The notes under the pieces are model-generated. The model was given only the letters and a program-made list of their open reading frames with translations. It was not told the DNA's origin and did not search any database. The position numbers were made by a program, and so were the translations under genes. From the NCBI GenBank assembly GCA_028023455.1, contig JAQFVV010000002.1:32612001-32676000 (forward strand): 64,000 bases of DNA, read 5' to 3'. The number at the start of each line of letters is the position of its first letter. The stretch's first letter is position 1. Positions 52,701 to 64,000 of the stretch are shown here, in pieces. This stretch comes from Epiperipatus broadwayi. Taxonomy: Eukaryota; Animalia; Onychophora.

Positions 52701-54059
52701 AAACGTAATTTGCCTTTATGAAAAGAAAATATGTTGAGTAATTCGCATGCTATATCGTCAGTAATTTTAGTTAGCTATTTGCTAAGAACTTCGGAAACTG
52801 CACATCAATTGGATCCAGAAAAAATGTGTATTATCCATCCTGCGAGAATTTGTCTATATATCTAATAACATCTATCCATTTTATAATTATTGCCATTATT
52901 GCCGTACATGCCTAAGAAGCTTTATTTACAGACTATATGAGTGAACTTTTATTTTCCAACTAAAGAAGGTTTAATCATTTCTTTTGTTGTTAATGTATGA
53001 TAGATAAGTAGATCAATTTATTTGTCTTTATATTTTTATTTTCTTTTGCTCCAAGATCGTCTCGGATATGTATAATATGAAAAGTATTATACTGGGTAAT
53101 TAATTGTTATTTTGATATGATTTTTTTATATATACATGTATTCTACACGCTTATGTTAGCGGTAGAGATATTTATTTGCTGTTATGAATCTGGCAGCTAA
53201 TTTAAGAGGGATCAATGCATAAAAAGTATTGCTTTATCTTTGTGTCATTAGAGATGATGAGGTCTATTTAAGATTTATAATCCGTTGTAAATTAAAATGT
53301 TATTTAGATTTATTAGTTAATATGAAATACACAAAGGTATTGTTTTATCTTTGCATCGTTAAAGATGATGAAGGCTGTTTAATAATGATTATTATACCTC
53401 AAAATTTGAAACATTCGTAATTTGTTATGAATTAGAGATTTATTTTGGTATAATATTTATGTATTGAATGTGATTTGAAATTATTTCGAGTATCATTATG
53501 TGTATGTGTCCCTGTTTTGTGTGATTCATTTATATAATTGTTAAATTTATAGTCACTTGACTTGTAATTGTCCAGTCAGTTTCGGATGATGTAATATGCC
53601 AAAAGAGGTGAAAGAATTAGGTATTTATCTAAGAATGATTTTTTTTAATGTTTAGGATGAAATGTGTTAAGTAGCTATGAGGAAAGAAATTGTTAAGGAT
53701 ATATATTATATTGTCAGGGATTGAGAGAACTCCCTTAGTTTATTTAAATACTTATCATGAGTAGATTATATTTTCTAGATTAAGCGTAAAACATTATGAT
53801 GATTATATTATATGAAGTGAAGCAGTGGATTTCCTCTTGTTTCAGTGATGAGACTGAGTCCACACCAATATTGACCCTCTGAGTAAGGTTAGGGAGTCAC
53901 TATATTTTGTTATTTAGATTAGTAGAATTAACAAGACCTTCTTGTCCCCCATGTGTCCATTTTGGAATGTTTTTCCATTGTATATTTATAGCTATGTGTA
54001 ATATAGTTTTCCAATTAAAATAAAAGGTAGGATTAGTTTCTTTTATGGAACATCTAAAG

Positions 54060-54330
54060 TAGAAATAGTGCTAAAGTGGTTGGTTGGTTTATGGCATCAT
54101 CCGTATTATATTTTATCTCTTAATTTCATAAGCAAACTGATGGAATGTAGCTGTGTTAATTATATTATAACAGGTGGCATAATACAGAAGCATGCACAAA
54201 ATACTATTGATCCTGAAGATATGGAAGAAATTTATCACTGGATTTGTAAGTCTTGGGTAAATATTTCAAATCATATGATACTAATTTATTTTAAATTTTA
54301 AATCATCAAACTCTCAGAATGATCCATCCT
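54060..54330 (+). mobile_element. pogo/Tigger-like DDE transposase C-terminal remnant
   Basis: GGIIQKH..IDPEDMEEIYHWICKSWVNISNHMILIYFK resembles the pogo-family P..E.I..WI..AW..IS...I..SFK segment. Confidence 0.55.
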
Positions 54331-55253
54331 CATCTTGAATGAGTAAACAAAAATAAAGAAAAAAAGAAAGGGTAGCTAGTTAATAGAATTGTTCAATTGA
54401 CTTATAAAGGATAGTGTGACCTCTTTCTGACTCACATGTTTAGATTTATATTGCATTATTTAATTACTCCAGTGTTGGTTTGGTTGACAGAACATATTAG
54501 AATTAGATAATAGCATGTATTTGCTTGAAGTAAGAATACAAAGAAGTTTATTTTAATGTTTAATTACTCCAGTGTTAGTTTGTTAATAAATGTTTAATAA
54601 AGCCTATTAGAAGTAAAAGTACAAAATGTTTATTTCGATTATATAATGTAATAAATGTTTTATTCACTAAAAACTTTGTTGAGAGTTGTTCTTTTACATC
54701 CATTCGTATTCTTAATTTCCACATCTACATATCCAATATGACATAATTGCACTATTTCATGAATTTAATAATGAACATGTTCGAGTCTGATATTGTTTTC
54801 TCGATCCAAACATTATATGAAATGCTTAATTATTTTATGATCCTCAGGGGAAGTTCATGTACTTAGTTATTATTTAGGTAACGATTTGAAATAAAAAGGG
54901 TACCCTATTTCTTTTCATTAGAACAATGCTCAATTTTATGTCATTATCTTTTATGATGGTAATTAGTAGCTATTGTAGAGTATGAATTTTTAAATAAGTT
55001 GTGTGATAAAATCCTTGAGATATTTCCTTATTGTTTCAAAGTCGATATTAATTTAATCATTTAATTTAAACTCATTATACAGTAAAAGTCAATTAGTACT
55101 ACATCTTTGTTTTATTTAATTTGAACGTATTATACAGTAGGAGTTAAATAGTGCTATATCTTTGTTACATTTAATTTAAACTATCATACAATAAAGGTTG
55201 ATTAATGCGTTTCGATGATGGGAGGGGCTAAACTTGAACTATAACTTGTTAAC

Positions 55254-55672
55254 ATCACATGATCACCATCTCTATACTAGCACATAATTGTTGATAGTGG
55301 TGGCTATGGTTGTTTAAGAGCCAAAGACACCAAAATGTATTGGTGTTGAAGTGAGTTCAGACCCATATGACTATATAAGCTATTGAGCTTAGATTGAAAA
55401 TATTATTGTGTTTTCAATTTCATTCTCATAGTTTTGTAGTTAAGTAGAGTTAAAAGGTGGCTGCTGGAGAGTTGCATTAGATACTAAGATCTAGGTGCAG
55501 TGCTCTCAGATCCAAGGCTCCTCACTGATGATGGCCACAAGCCAGAAACTAGTCTGGGGATATTGGATGAGTAGGCACTGGATAGGGATTTTATGCACAA
55601 GCCTTTTGGCATCCATTGATTACTCTGTTTGGCACAGGGTGGCACTACTGTATGGAGAGTTTTGCCTTTGTT
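55254..55672 (+). mobile_element. Best-preserved copy of the hammerhead retroelement family
   Basis: 14-bp TSD TATAACTTGTTAAC at 55240-55253 and 55673-55686. A short inverted terminus at the 5' end is followed by the forward body. Confidence 0.92.
55510..55568 (+). ncRNA. Minimal type-I hammerhead ribozyme
   Basis: Stem I ATCCAA-GGC-TCCTCA / TGGGGA-TA-TTGGAT; CTGATGA 55525-31; stem II TGGC-CACAA-GCCA; GAAA 55545-48; palindromic ACTAGT helix III; predicted cleavage after GTC (C55554). Confidence 0.85.
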
Positions 55673-57370
55673 TATAACTTGTTAACTTGAAGGGATGGAA
55701 CTTTATCAGTTTCAATTACTTATTTATTGCAAAACCAAGTAGACATTTTACTCTTATTGATTTATAATATTTCTTTCTGTATTTTATCTGCATTTGGCAT
55801 ATTATGGAACTCTGCCCCCCCCCTCCACTGAGCTAAGTTATAGTTGAATATTATTATAAGAGACTCGATCGTAAATCAAAGTAGAGTCAGATTATTAGTT
55901 TATTCTATTATCAATAGAATTGATGCTCCCAGGTATTTATTTATAGGTGATGTAGGATTGTGTTGGGGGAGGGTTAAATATATATATATATAAATAAATC
56001 TTTCAGAAGGAAATTTTGACACATGTGTTATTGGATTGATGTATTAAATTTGTAAGCACTCATCCATCAATAAGTGTTTTAAAAGCACAAGTGAATCACT
56101 TATGCTTAGAGTTTATTCTGAAGTAAACCAACACCCATTGACCATGTTAAAATCAGGATCCAGATATTTCAATTGACAAATTATTTGTATAAATTTAGTT
56201 TATATATCACAGAAAAGAGAATGTTTCTCATTATTAAATATCTATGACTTTGAATTCTGTTAGTCTGAATATATTTAAATAAATAATTCAATGGTTTTTA
56301 TACATATGTAAATCTTGTGGAAGAAAATGAATCACCTGTTATTGGAATGGAAAATTAAATTTACAAGCATTCATCCATCCGTAATAATTGATTCACTTAT
56401 GCTTTTAAAACACTTATTGGTGGGTGAATGTGTGTAAATTTAATATATCAGTCCAATAGCACATGGGTGAAGATTCATTTCCTTCCAGGATTTACATATA
56501 GAAGGTGTAGATAAATAATATTAGCGTTGTTATGGTGCTTAGTTGTTTTCAAAGCAAATAACAGAAATATATCATACATCATTTATTTCTGAAATAATGA
56601 GAAGGTTGGCACTAAGATGGGCTTTGAACATCCCATCATCAGATTTTCAATGCAATGGATGGCTGAAGAGTTGTGGGGTGCAGTGGTTTGAAGCCTGTCC
56701 ATTAAAGCATGAAGATTGGCTATCGTAATATAATCTGAGCTTTGATTGTCTACATGTGTGGAGATGATAATCTGGACCAACTGACAAGTTCTGGTTTAGC
56801 ATGAAATACATATATCGGTGACTATTTATCTTTTCAACATATGTGTGATCAAGTATATCAGCAGTATGAGATAGCATGGACGGTGAGGGTTGTGTGAAAG
56901 TCTGAGTTCAAACCCCCTATATATTATATTAATTGTATGCACACGCCCATATATATAAACATACGTGTAATGTTATCGAAAAAAATAATGAAAATCAAAT
57001 CATAAATAAATAAATAATTATGAAAAAGATGTGTGTGAGAGTTTGTAAAATCTATACCTTAGTCTGTAAGATTAAATGTTCCATACCTGTATGTGTGCAG
57101 AGGTAATGATTAACTTAAATCTAAAATAAAATTTCCAAATTATATAATGGATAATAATTTAAGATTCATCTTGTATAAATTGGTATAAAAATATTTCATT
57201 TCTTCTAATGATTGTTTCTTAAATGTAATTAAAATAAGTATTTATCATAATAATGGACCCCAATTTTTATTTTATAGAAATAGCAATAGCTTTCTATGAA
57301 TACTATGACTTGAATGCCATCAAAATATGAGGTCAAAGTTTAGAGTATAAATAATTAAACTGTCTTTCAA

Positions 57371-57442
57371 GCGCTGGTGGCCTAGTGGTTAGCATAGCTG
57401 CCTTCCAAGCAGCTGGCCCGGGTTCGCTTTCCGGTCAACGCA
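57371..57442 (+). pseudogene. tRNA-Gly(TCC)-like sequence, probably a pseudogene or SINE-family member
   Basis: Cloverleaf with anticodon TCC at 57404-57406. It has a C4.A69 acceptor mismatch, an altered T-loop/B-box (TTCGCTT, C61>T), no TTTT terminator, and a 3' tail shared with the SINE copies. Confidence 0.85.
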
Positions 57443-57616
57443 TTTGACATATAGAAATATAATAATATATAGGCAAAATAAATATTCATTTCAATGTTCA
57501 CATACTTTTTAACAAAAATATTAGATTTCTAAGAGCACAATTATCTTTTAATTATTAATTTATTATAAAAATTATTTTTACAAAGACTAAAATATATTAA
57601 TAAATTAAACCACTAT

Positions 57617-57765
57617 ACATCACATGATAACTGATGAAGCCACAAGCTAGAAACTAGTCTGGGGATATTGGATGAGTAGGCACTAGATAGGGATTTTATG
57701 CACAAACCTTCCTGGATCAATTAATTACTCTGGCTTGCACTGAGTGGTGCTACTTTTGCCTCTGT
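57617..57765 (+). mobile_element. 5'-truncated copy of the hammerhead retroelement family
   Basis: An ACATCACATGAT terminus precedes CTGATGA (57631) -AGCCACAAGCTA-GAAACTAGTC. The 5' strand of stem I is missing. Confidence 0.85.
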
Positions 57766-59829
57766 ATAAATAAATATTGGCATAAGTATTAAAAATGTAA
57801 TTTTACAGAACAAAAAAATATAAATTAAAATGTTTAATAAATAAAAGTGTTTGAATCACCCTCCCAAACATTGTATTTTTCACTAACGCCCTCTGTGAAT
57901 AAATATAAAATCTGAACTTCAAATAGTTATGCTGTTAAGGCATTGCTGAAAAATGTAATATTTAGGAGGGTCATTTGAACATTTTATATTTGAATTTTCA
58001 GCTAATGATATACACTGGAATATTTTCTTATATATTTATGTAATAAATAAGAAATTTCCACATGAGTTTGATGATAATAATTACAGCAACAAAATTAAGC
58101 ATAAATACAATATTTATTAACTGCTAAATCAGCCTTTCAGTACGAAATATCTTTGTCACGATGCAACTGACATAAAAGATTAGCAAGAAAGTGTTGGCAT
58201 TCCCAACGGTATATAAAGTGGTCATAGATTTTAATAAATTTGCATGTGTAAAGTGTGGAAATTGTTTATTCATTATGTATTATTTACAGTATTAATTTCT
58301 TTTTTTTTATATATATTTATGATAAATAAAATATATTTATGATAGAACTCTTTAGCAAAATCTGATCTTATATTACTCAATACTTGAATTCAGATTCCAT
58401 GCATAAGGAATTCTTCTAACGCTGTATATTAAGACATGATTAATTGTCAGAATCCGGTATAATTTCATTAGATATTTTGTTTCTTGTAGAATTGGTGATG
58501 ATTTTTATGGATTTGTATTTTAGGTATTATGATAAAATATAGCTTTTGTAAGTTTATCATTGACAGTGTCTTATAACCTTATATATGTATGATATATTAA
58601 TTCTCTGTAGATTTCCATGCTGCTTGTAATTCATGCCCGAGATGTTAATTCTTGGAAGGTCAAAGGGCATGATCAAAAAGCAAATGGTTCAGAAGAATTC
58701 TTTTAATTGAAAATCATTTCAAAACCTGGATAACGATAGTAGAAACTGGCATTACAAGCAAGGTTTAATATTACTCAATAGCTTACCATGAATAGACTTC
58801 TCGAAAATTCAATTTCTCAATGATTTCAAGTTAAGGCTACACCACTCTATTTATACAGTTTTTATTGAACTATATGCCTTTGTTGACTTCAAATTTCTCA
58901 ACAAGATTAATTCAAGAATTTGGTTAACAATTAATTATGGTTTTTTAGGAATTCTGTCAATATTACAGAAAGCTTTAATTAAAATAACCTATTAATTAGC
59001 ATTAAGATATAGTCTTCATTTGAAAACATATTTACACTTTAATTAAATAAAACAAATTAAACCATATATGTTTTTCAATTAATTTTAAGAATTTTAATTG
59101 TAAAATCTTTCATCATATTTTTCAAAGAAATAAATTAACTCCTTTTTCAAACTGGAAAGAAAATTTAAATTTGTTTAAAAAGATAATTATTTACTATAGT
59201 TTAATTTGCATATGTTAATATATATAATTTACAATGTAATTTACAATGCTAAATATTTATATGTGTTGTTTTGAGAAGCATTACCCGTAAAAATATTTAG
59301 CACTAAATTATTATTTGTAACATAATATTAGAATTTAATCATTATTGGAATGATTAAAAATGAAAGAGATTTCATAATTCCGTCAATCAGATTTTATTAT
59401 GATTGGTTAAAAATTCATCCCTTCTAGCAAAAACATTGTAGACAATCTCCAGATATAGAAAGGAGGAAAAAGGTAAAGAAGTATATTTTTAAATGTGATA
59501 ATATGTTGGATTATTTCCATCAGCTATCATGATAGATAATGGAAATAATCCAACATATTCACATCTAATATACCATTATCACAAGCCTTCAGGCAAATAC
59601 CATATCATTATAAATTTTGCCTTTGACAGAATAGCCCAGTTGTTGATAAAATTCGATTTTCGAGAATCTAAAGGTAACAGTTCAACCCCTATGCTAATAT
59701 TGTCACTGGTCAACCCAGCAGCACATAAAGTAGAATGGAGAATAATAATAATAATCGAAATGTTGTGTAATTTCTAAACCTGTGTTGTCTGTGTGTGTTA
59801 TTACTAACAATTTATTTACACTATATGAG

Positions 59830-60490
59830 GAGACTTCACACCACTCAATGAGATATGAAAAGATGTAAGAGGAGATTGAAAGCGAACTATCACTGACATC
59901 ATTGGAAGAATTAAATTGGAATGGGGGTGGGCTGGACAATTGAAGTCCTGAATTGGATTCCAAGCTGGAAAGGGACTAATGTGGCAAAGATGGATGAAAT
60001 AAGGAAGTTTGATAATATATTGTGGAAAAGAGAGGTTGAGGATCAAAGTAATTAGATTCAATTTAGAGAGACCTTCATTCTGCAGTGGATCTAGGACTTG
60101 GCCACTTAACAAAAGAGCAATAGTCATTTGTTAGGAATAACATGAAGAGACGAGATATCACTGACATATTGAAAGAATCGTGGCAGTGAAATGGAGCTGG
60201 ACTGAATATATTACTAGAAGAAATGGTAATGATATACAGATAGTTGAAATTTTAAATTGGATCTCAAGAGATTGTAAAAGACCTAGAAAGAAACCAAGTG
60301 TGAGATGTATGATGGGTAGTAGGAAGTTTTAAACTGAATATCAAGAGGTTAGAAAGAGACTATATGTGAGATGTATGAATAGAAAAAAAAATTGCCTGTG
60401 TGTTGTGGAGAAGGGAGGCTAGGAATCAGATAAACAGAATTAAACTAAGAAAGTCCTTCATCCTGTAATGGATTGATAATGATTGAAAAT
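59830..60490 (+). mobile_element. Two tandem RTE 3' fragments
   Basis: Two copies of ..TTAAATTGGAT(T/C)(C/T)CAAG..GAGACCTTCAT(T/C)CTG.. ending near 60095 and 60490. Confidence 0.7.
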
Positions 60491-61904
60491 TATTATGGCA
60501 TTTTTTGTGAAACTATTATTAGAAAACCTACAATTCAATCTTTGTTTTTAAGGAAATCAGACGAAAATAGTCTCAGCAATGAAATTGAAATAGATCCTAT
60601 CTTTCCGAATGGTTGTGTTTTTTATTTCTGAACATTGGATTTAATCATCATCTGTGCAATTCTCTTATATAATGACAATTTATCGGTTGTATAAGATAGA
60701 GCGGATGACTAAAGGGAGGTTGACAGTCTGGGTTCAAATCTCTTTTAATTATATCTAGTAATTTATGAACTATTTTATTCTGGAGAAATTTTGACAAATT
60801 AAGTGTTTATACCCAAATCTAATTTTAAAATTTAAACTTCGTCGTTTAAAAGAGAACAATTCAAATTTAAAAATATCTCATTTTATTTAAAACACAAATG
60901 GGAGGGGGGGGCAACTTTCATCCTCTCAGGCGTGTCCTGGATTATGTCCCTTATCGACTACTTAGCGCGTCTCTTCTTTATGCAGTAGTAGAATTATAAT
61001 CTGTCGAAACCCTTCAGTTAATCCCTTGAGTATTCAAATTCGTTGAATATTAAGTTTTTACTCAGTCAAGTATTTGAATGACAGAAACAGGTCTCTGGTT
61101 AAATATGATTCCGTATTGCCATCACGTGACATTGGTTTGCCAGATCTTTGATACAGAATATGTAAATACAAACAACAACGTGTTTACGCGTATTGGTAAA
61201 TCAAGACATTTACTAACGATTATCATTCCTCCAATTTTTTTCTTTTTTTATTATCATAATATTTTTTCATACTTATATTTAATAAAATAACTATTATAGG
61301 TTTTTTTTTTTTAAAATCACATGATTTTTTTTGTTTTTTTTTAAATTACTTTTAAATAGAGATGTGGTTAAAAAAAAACTCGTTACTATTTCCCTGTTCT
61401 CACAATACATATTTAACTTGCTTTGAAAGAGCCTATGAATTAATAATGAAAAGATTTGCAAAATTGATTAGTTAAAAGTTTAAAAGAAATGGGATTTTTT
61501 TTGACAAGATTGGAAAAAAAAGCTATTGAAAAATACTAAAAGAGCTTTAATTAAATGTATTCTCATGCATATTATTAACTTCTTAAAAGTGATATATGAT
61601 TTTTGTTATTCTGAAGCACCCATATTCATCATCATGTTATGAACTCACCAGAATGGAATGAGCATTAGAGATAGGAGGTTAATTATATCAAACTTGTTGA
61701 CTGCTGTGTTAGGACTTGGAGACAGTGAGATTGAATTCAACAAAATGTTAGGTAAGATTTATTTGAAGTTTGCAGAATGTTATGAAAATAAATAAAGGCT
61801 AATAAAACCAAAGCAATAAAAATAGAAAAGAAAGATGATGACTAAAATTTGGGCAGGAAGTTGTAATCCTTTTAAATATCTGAGAAGATGGATAACTGAT
61901 TATG

Positions 61905-62170
61905 CAGTAAAACAGTCAAAACTCTCCTTACAGTAATGTCGCTCAGATGCAAGAAGGTTTGTGCATAAAATCGTTATCTAGTGCCTACTTATCCAATATC
62001 AACAGATTAGGTTCTCGCTTGTGACCCTCATCAATGATGAGCCTTAGATCTGGGCACTACATCTAGATACCTAGATCTTAGGATCTAATGAAATCTTCAG
62101 GCAGTCAAATTTTTACCTGTTTAGATATAAAACTATTGAGTCCAAGATGAAAACAGTGTTTTGATTCAAA
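61905..62170 (-). mobile_element. Decayed copy of the hammerhead retroelement family
   Basis: Minus core TTGATGA-GGGTCACAAGCGA-GAAC-CTAA-TC with homologous flanks. Confidence 0.75.
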
Positions 62171-62309
62171 CTCATTCATTTGCATAGTGTCATATAAATT
62201 TGAACCCAGTCCAGCATCTATACTTATGGTGTCATTAATAACCATAGTTACAACCATTCCATTGGACAATGTCACACAATCACCATTCCCTATCCTTACC
62301 CAAGCTGTT

Positions 62310-62725
62310 AAAATAGAAGCAAAACTCCCCATATAGTAGTGACATCCAGTGCAAATCAGATTAATTGATGGATGCAAGCTTTGTGAATAAAATCCTTATC
62401 TAGTGCCTATTCGTTCAATATGTTCAGACTCATAGCTTTATAGTTAATTAAAAAGACAAAAGTTGGCTGCTGATAGATTGAATTAGATCCTAAGATTTAG
62501 GTTCAATCCTCTCAAATCCAAGAGTCTTCACTGACGAAAGCCACAAACTAGAAACTAGTCTGGGGATATTGGATGAGTAGACACTGGATAATGATTTTAT
62601 ACACAAACTTTCTTGCATCTATTGATTACTCTAGCTTGCTCTGAGTGGTGCTACTGTGTGGAGCGTTTTGCCTCTGTTTAACAGCTTGTGTAAGCATAGG
62701 GAATGTTGATCATGTGATGGTCAGT
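62310..62725 (+). mobile_element. Inverted/forward composite of the hammerhead retroelement family
   Basis: The inverted piece ends at CAGACT (next to the cleavage site). Forward core CTGACGA (62531) -AAGCCACAAACTA-GAAACTAGTC; terminus GTTGATCATGTGATG. Confidence 0.85.
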
Positions 62726-62739
62726 GATTATGAAGTAGT

Positions 62740-63200
62740 AATAAAATTAAAGTCAAAAATTGCTATAGCTAAACAGACTTTTAATAAGAGCAGGAAATTG
62801 TTCTTTAATCTTTTGTAATGTAAGAAAAATTTTTATTTAATGGTTTATTTGCAATATTAATTTATATGGAGTAGAAACATGAACAATTAGGAAAAATGAT
62901 GAGAGAAAATTAGAGACTTTAGAGATATTGATTTGGAAGAGAATTGATATGAGAAGTTAGAAAGGTAAATGAAAAAAAATATTTTTTTTTAGAAATTATG
63001 AAGAGAAATTGAATTGGGGATGTATTAAGAAGCAGGGGAATTCTAAAAGATGTGTTGGAAGGGAATACAAAAGGAAAGAGGAAATAAAGTGAGACAACTC
63101 ATGATTTTAAAAAGGAAAATAGTGATGAGTATTTGAAAAGTAGAACAAGAGACAAGAAAGACTTGAACAGTGTGAGTTGATGATATATGCGATATGCTTT
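62740..63200 (+). mobile_element. Degraded RTE-like RT C-terminal remnant
   Basis: YGVET*TIRKNDERKLETLEILIWKRI. Confidence 0.6.
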
Positions 63201-63833
63201 TTGGCAGATAATTGATAAATGATAATTGATAGTGTTATTAGAAATAGCTTTATGTAATTAAACAAATGTTCTTTATATGTATATTGCTTACATACATATG
63301 TTTTTTCAAAGACAAGACTTATGGCATTTGGATTTGTGAGTATTATGATCATGTGACCATACTTAATGATCGTTATAGCATAGAAATAGCAGTAACTTTT
63401 AAAGCCTTTTCTATTATGTCTCATTCAACAAAATTAAATAGAAGTAACAATACCCCTGTAAGCTATGTATAAATAATACTCGTATGTCAGGTTCTGTTAA
63501 AGTTTATAGTCCCATTAAAGTTTATAATATAACTACAACTAAGATTCTAAAATAAATTATGAAGGGTCAGGCAAGGGCAAACTATCACCAGCAGTCTCAT
63601 CATAGTACCCTAATTCATTTTGAGGGGGAGAACTTAACACAGATAAATTTTAAAAATAAATCATTAAAAAAAATTAATTGAAGATTTCTCGTTTTTTTTA
63701 AATTATGCAGATTCTTAATTTTTTTTAAAAAATGACATCACAATTTGAAATAAATAACGGACACATGTGCATTAAGTCTGTTTAATACATTTTGGAATAA
63801 CAAATATTATGTATTAAAAATAAATAAAGTCAA

Positions 63834-63929
63834 GCGTTGGTAGTCGAGAGATCAGCACAGCCGCCTTACAAGCAGTTGTCCCGGGTCAGCAGGTTTGCTT
63901 CCTGGCCGATGCTATGACACATGAAAAAA
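63834..63929 (+). mobile_element. tRNA-Gly-derived SINE copy (TAC at the anticodon position)
   Basis: GCGTTGGTAGTCGAGAGATCAGCACAGCCGCCTTACAAGCAGTTGTCCCGGG..CCTGGCCGATGCTATGACACATGAAAAAAA. Confidence 0.75.
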
Positions 63930-64000
63930 ATAAATAAATAATCAAATGACTTTATTGTTCAAAAGTTCATAAGAAGTTTGAGTGCCGAAATTGCGGAACT

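Noticed and set aside
54174-54245. Clean AG..GTAAGT 72-nt exon candidate, in phase with K2P exon 1
   Set aside because: The peptide does not resemble the K2P cap/pore region. The frame continues past the donor as WICKSWVNIS..I..FK, a pogo transposase motif.
55040-55215. Three ~50-bp direct repeats as a CRISPR-like array
   Set aside because: Degenerate AT-rich tandem repeat with no unique spacers, in a eukaryotic context.
55254-55672. Second hammerhead on the opposite strand (ambisense viroid-like RNA)
   Set aside because: No CTGANGA core was found on the reverse strand of the reconstructed monomer.
57371-57442. Functional tRNA-Gly gene
   Set aside because: Acceptor mismatch, mutated A58 and C61, weak D-stem and no terminator; listed as pseudogene/SINE instead.
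61652-61751. Exon candidate ending in G|GTAAGA (MSIRDRRLIISNLLTAVLGLG..)
   Set aside because: Weak acceptor and no K2P similarity; it resembles the C-terminal tail of LINE ORF2.
62105-62377. 90-aa minus-strand ORF
   Set aside because: Spans pieces of the non-coding hammerhead element and a short unique insert; no protein motif.

Overview
Very AT-rich, CpG-depleted, repeat-dense eukaryotic DNA, most likely invertebrate/arthropod (inferred). The only host coding sequence I can support is the first coding exon of a two-pore-domain (K2P/TWIK-type) potassium channel (39885-40089, +). No later exon was recognised in the remaining 24 kb. The rest is largely layered transposon debris: a full-length RTE LINE (41545-44839) with 9-bp TSD, (GAT)n tail and one frameshift; older RTE copies; Penelope-like (GIY-YIG) fragments; and Gypsy, Tc1, pogo and other LINE remnants, plus fold-back elements. 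The most interesting signals are non-coding. (1) A dispersed ~440-nt non-coding retroelement family carries a minimal type-I hammerhead ribozyme (CUGAUGA..GAAA-CUAG-UC) at the tip of a long rod-like fold. It inserts with 10-14 bp TSDs in tandem/5'-inverted arrangements, consistent with a Penelope-mobilised retrozyme. (2) An HDV-like ribozyme fold begins at exactly the first base of the full-length RTE. (3) A tRNA-Gly(TCC)-derived SINE family shows a gradient from near-tRNA to SINE. (4) The ~1.5-kb K2P promoter region has an old duplicate 34 kb upstream. All folds and alignments were done by eye; most repeat boundaries are approximate.
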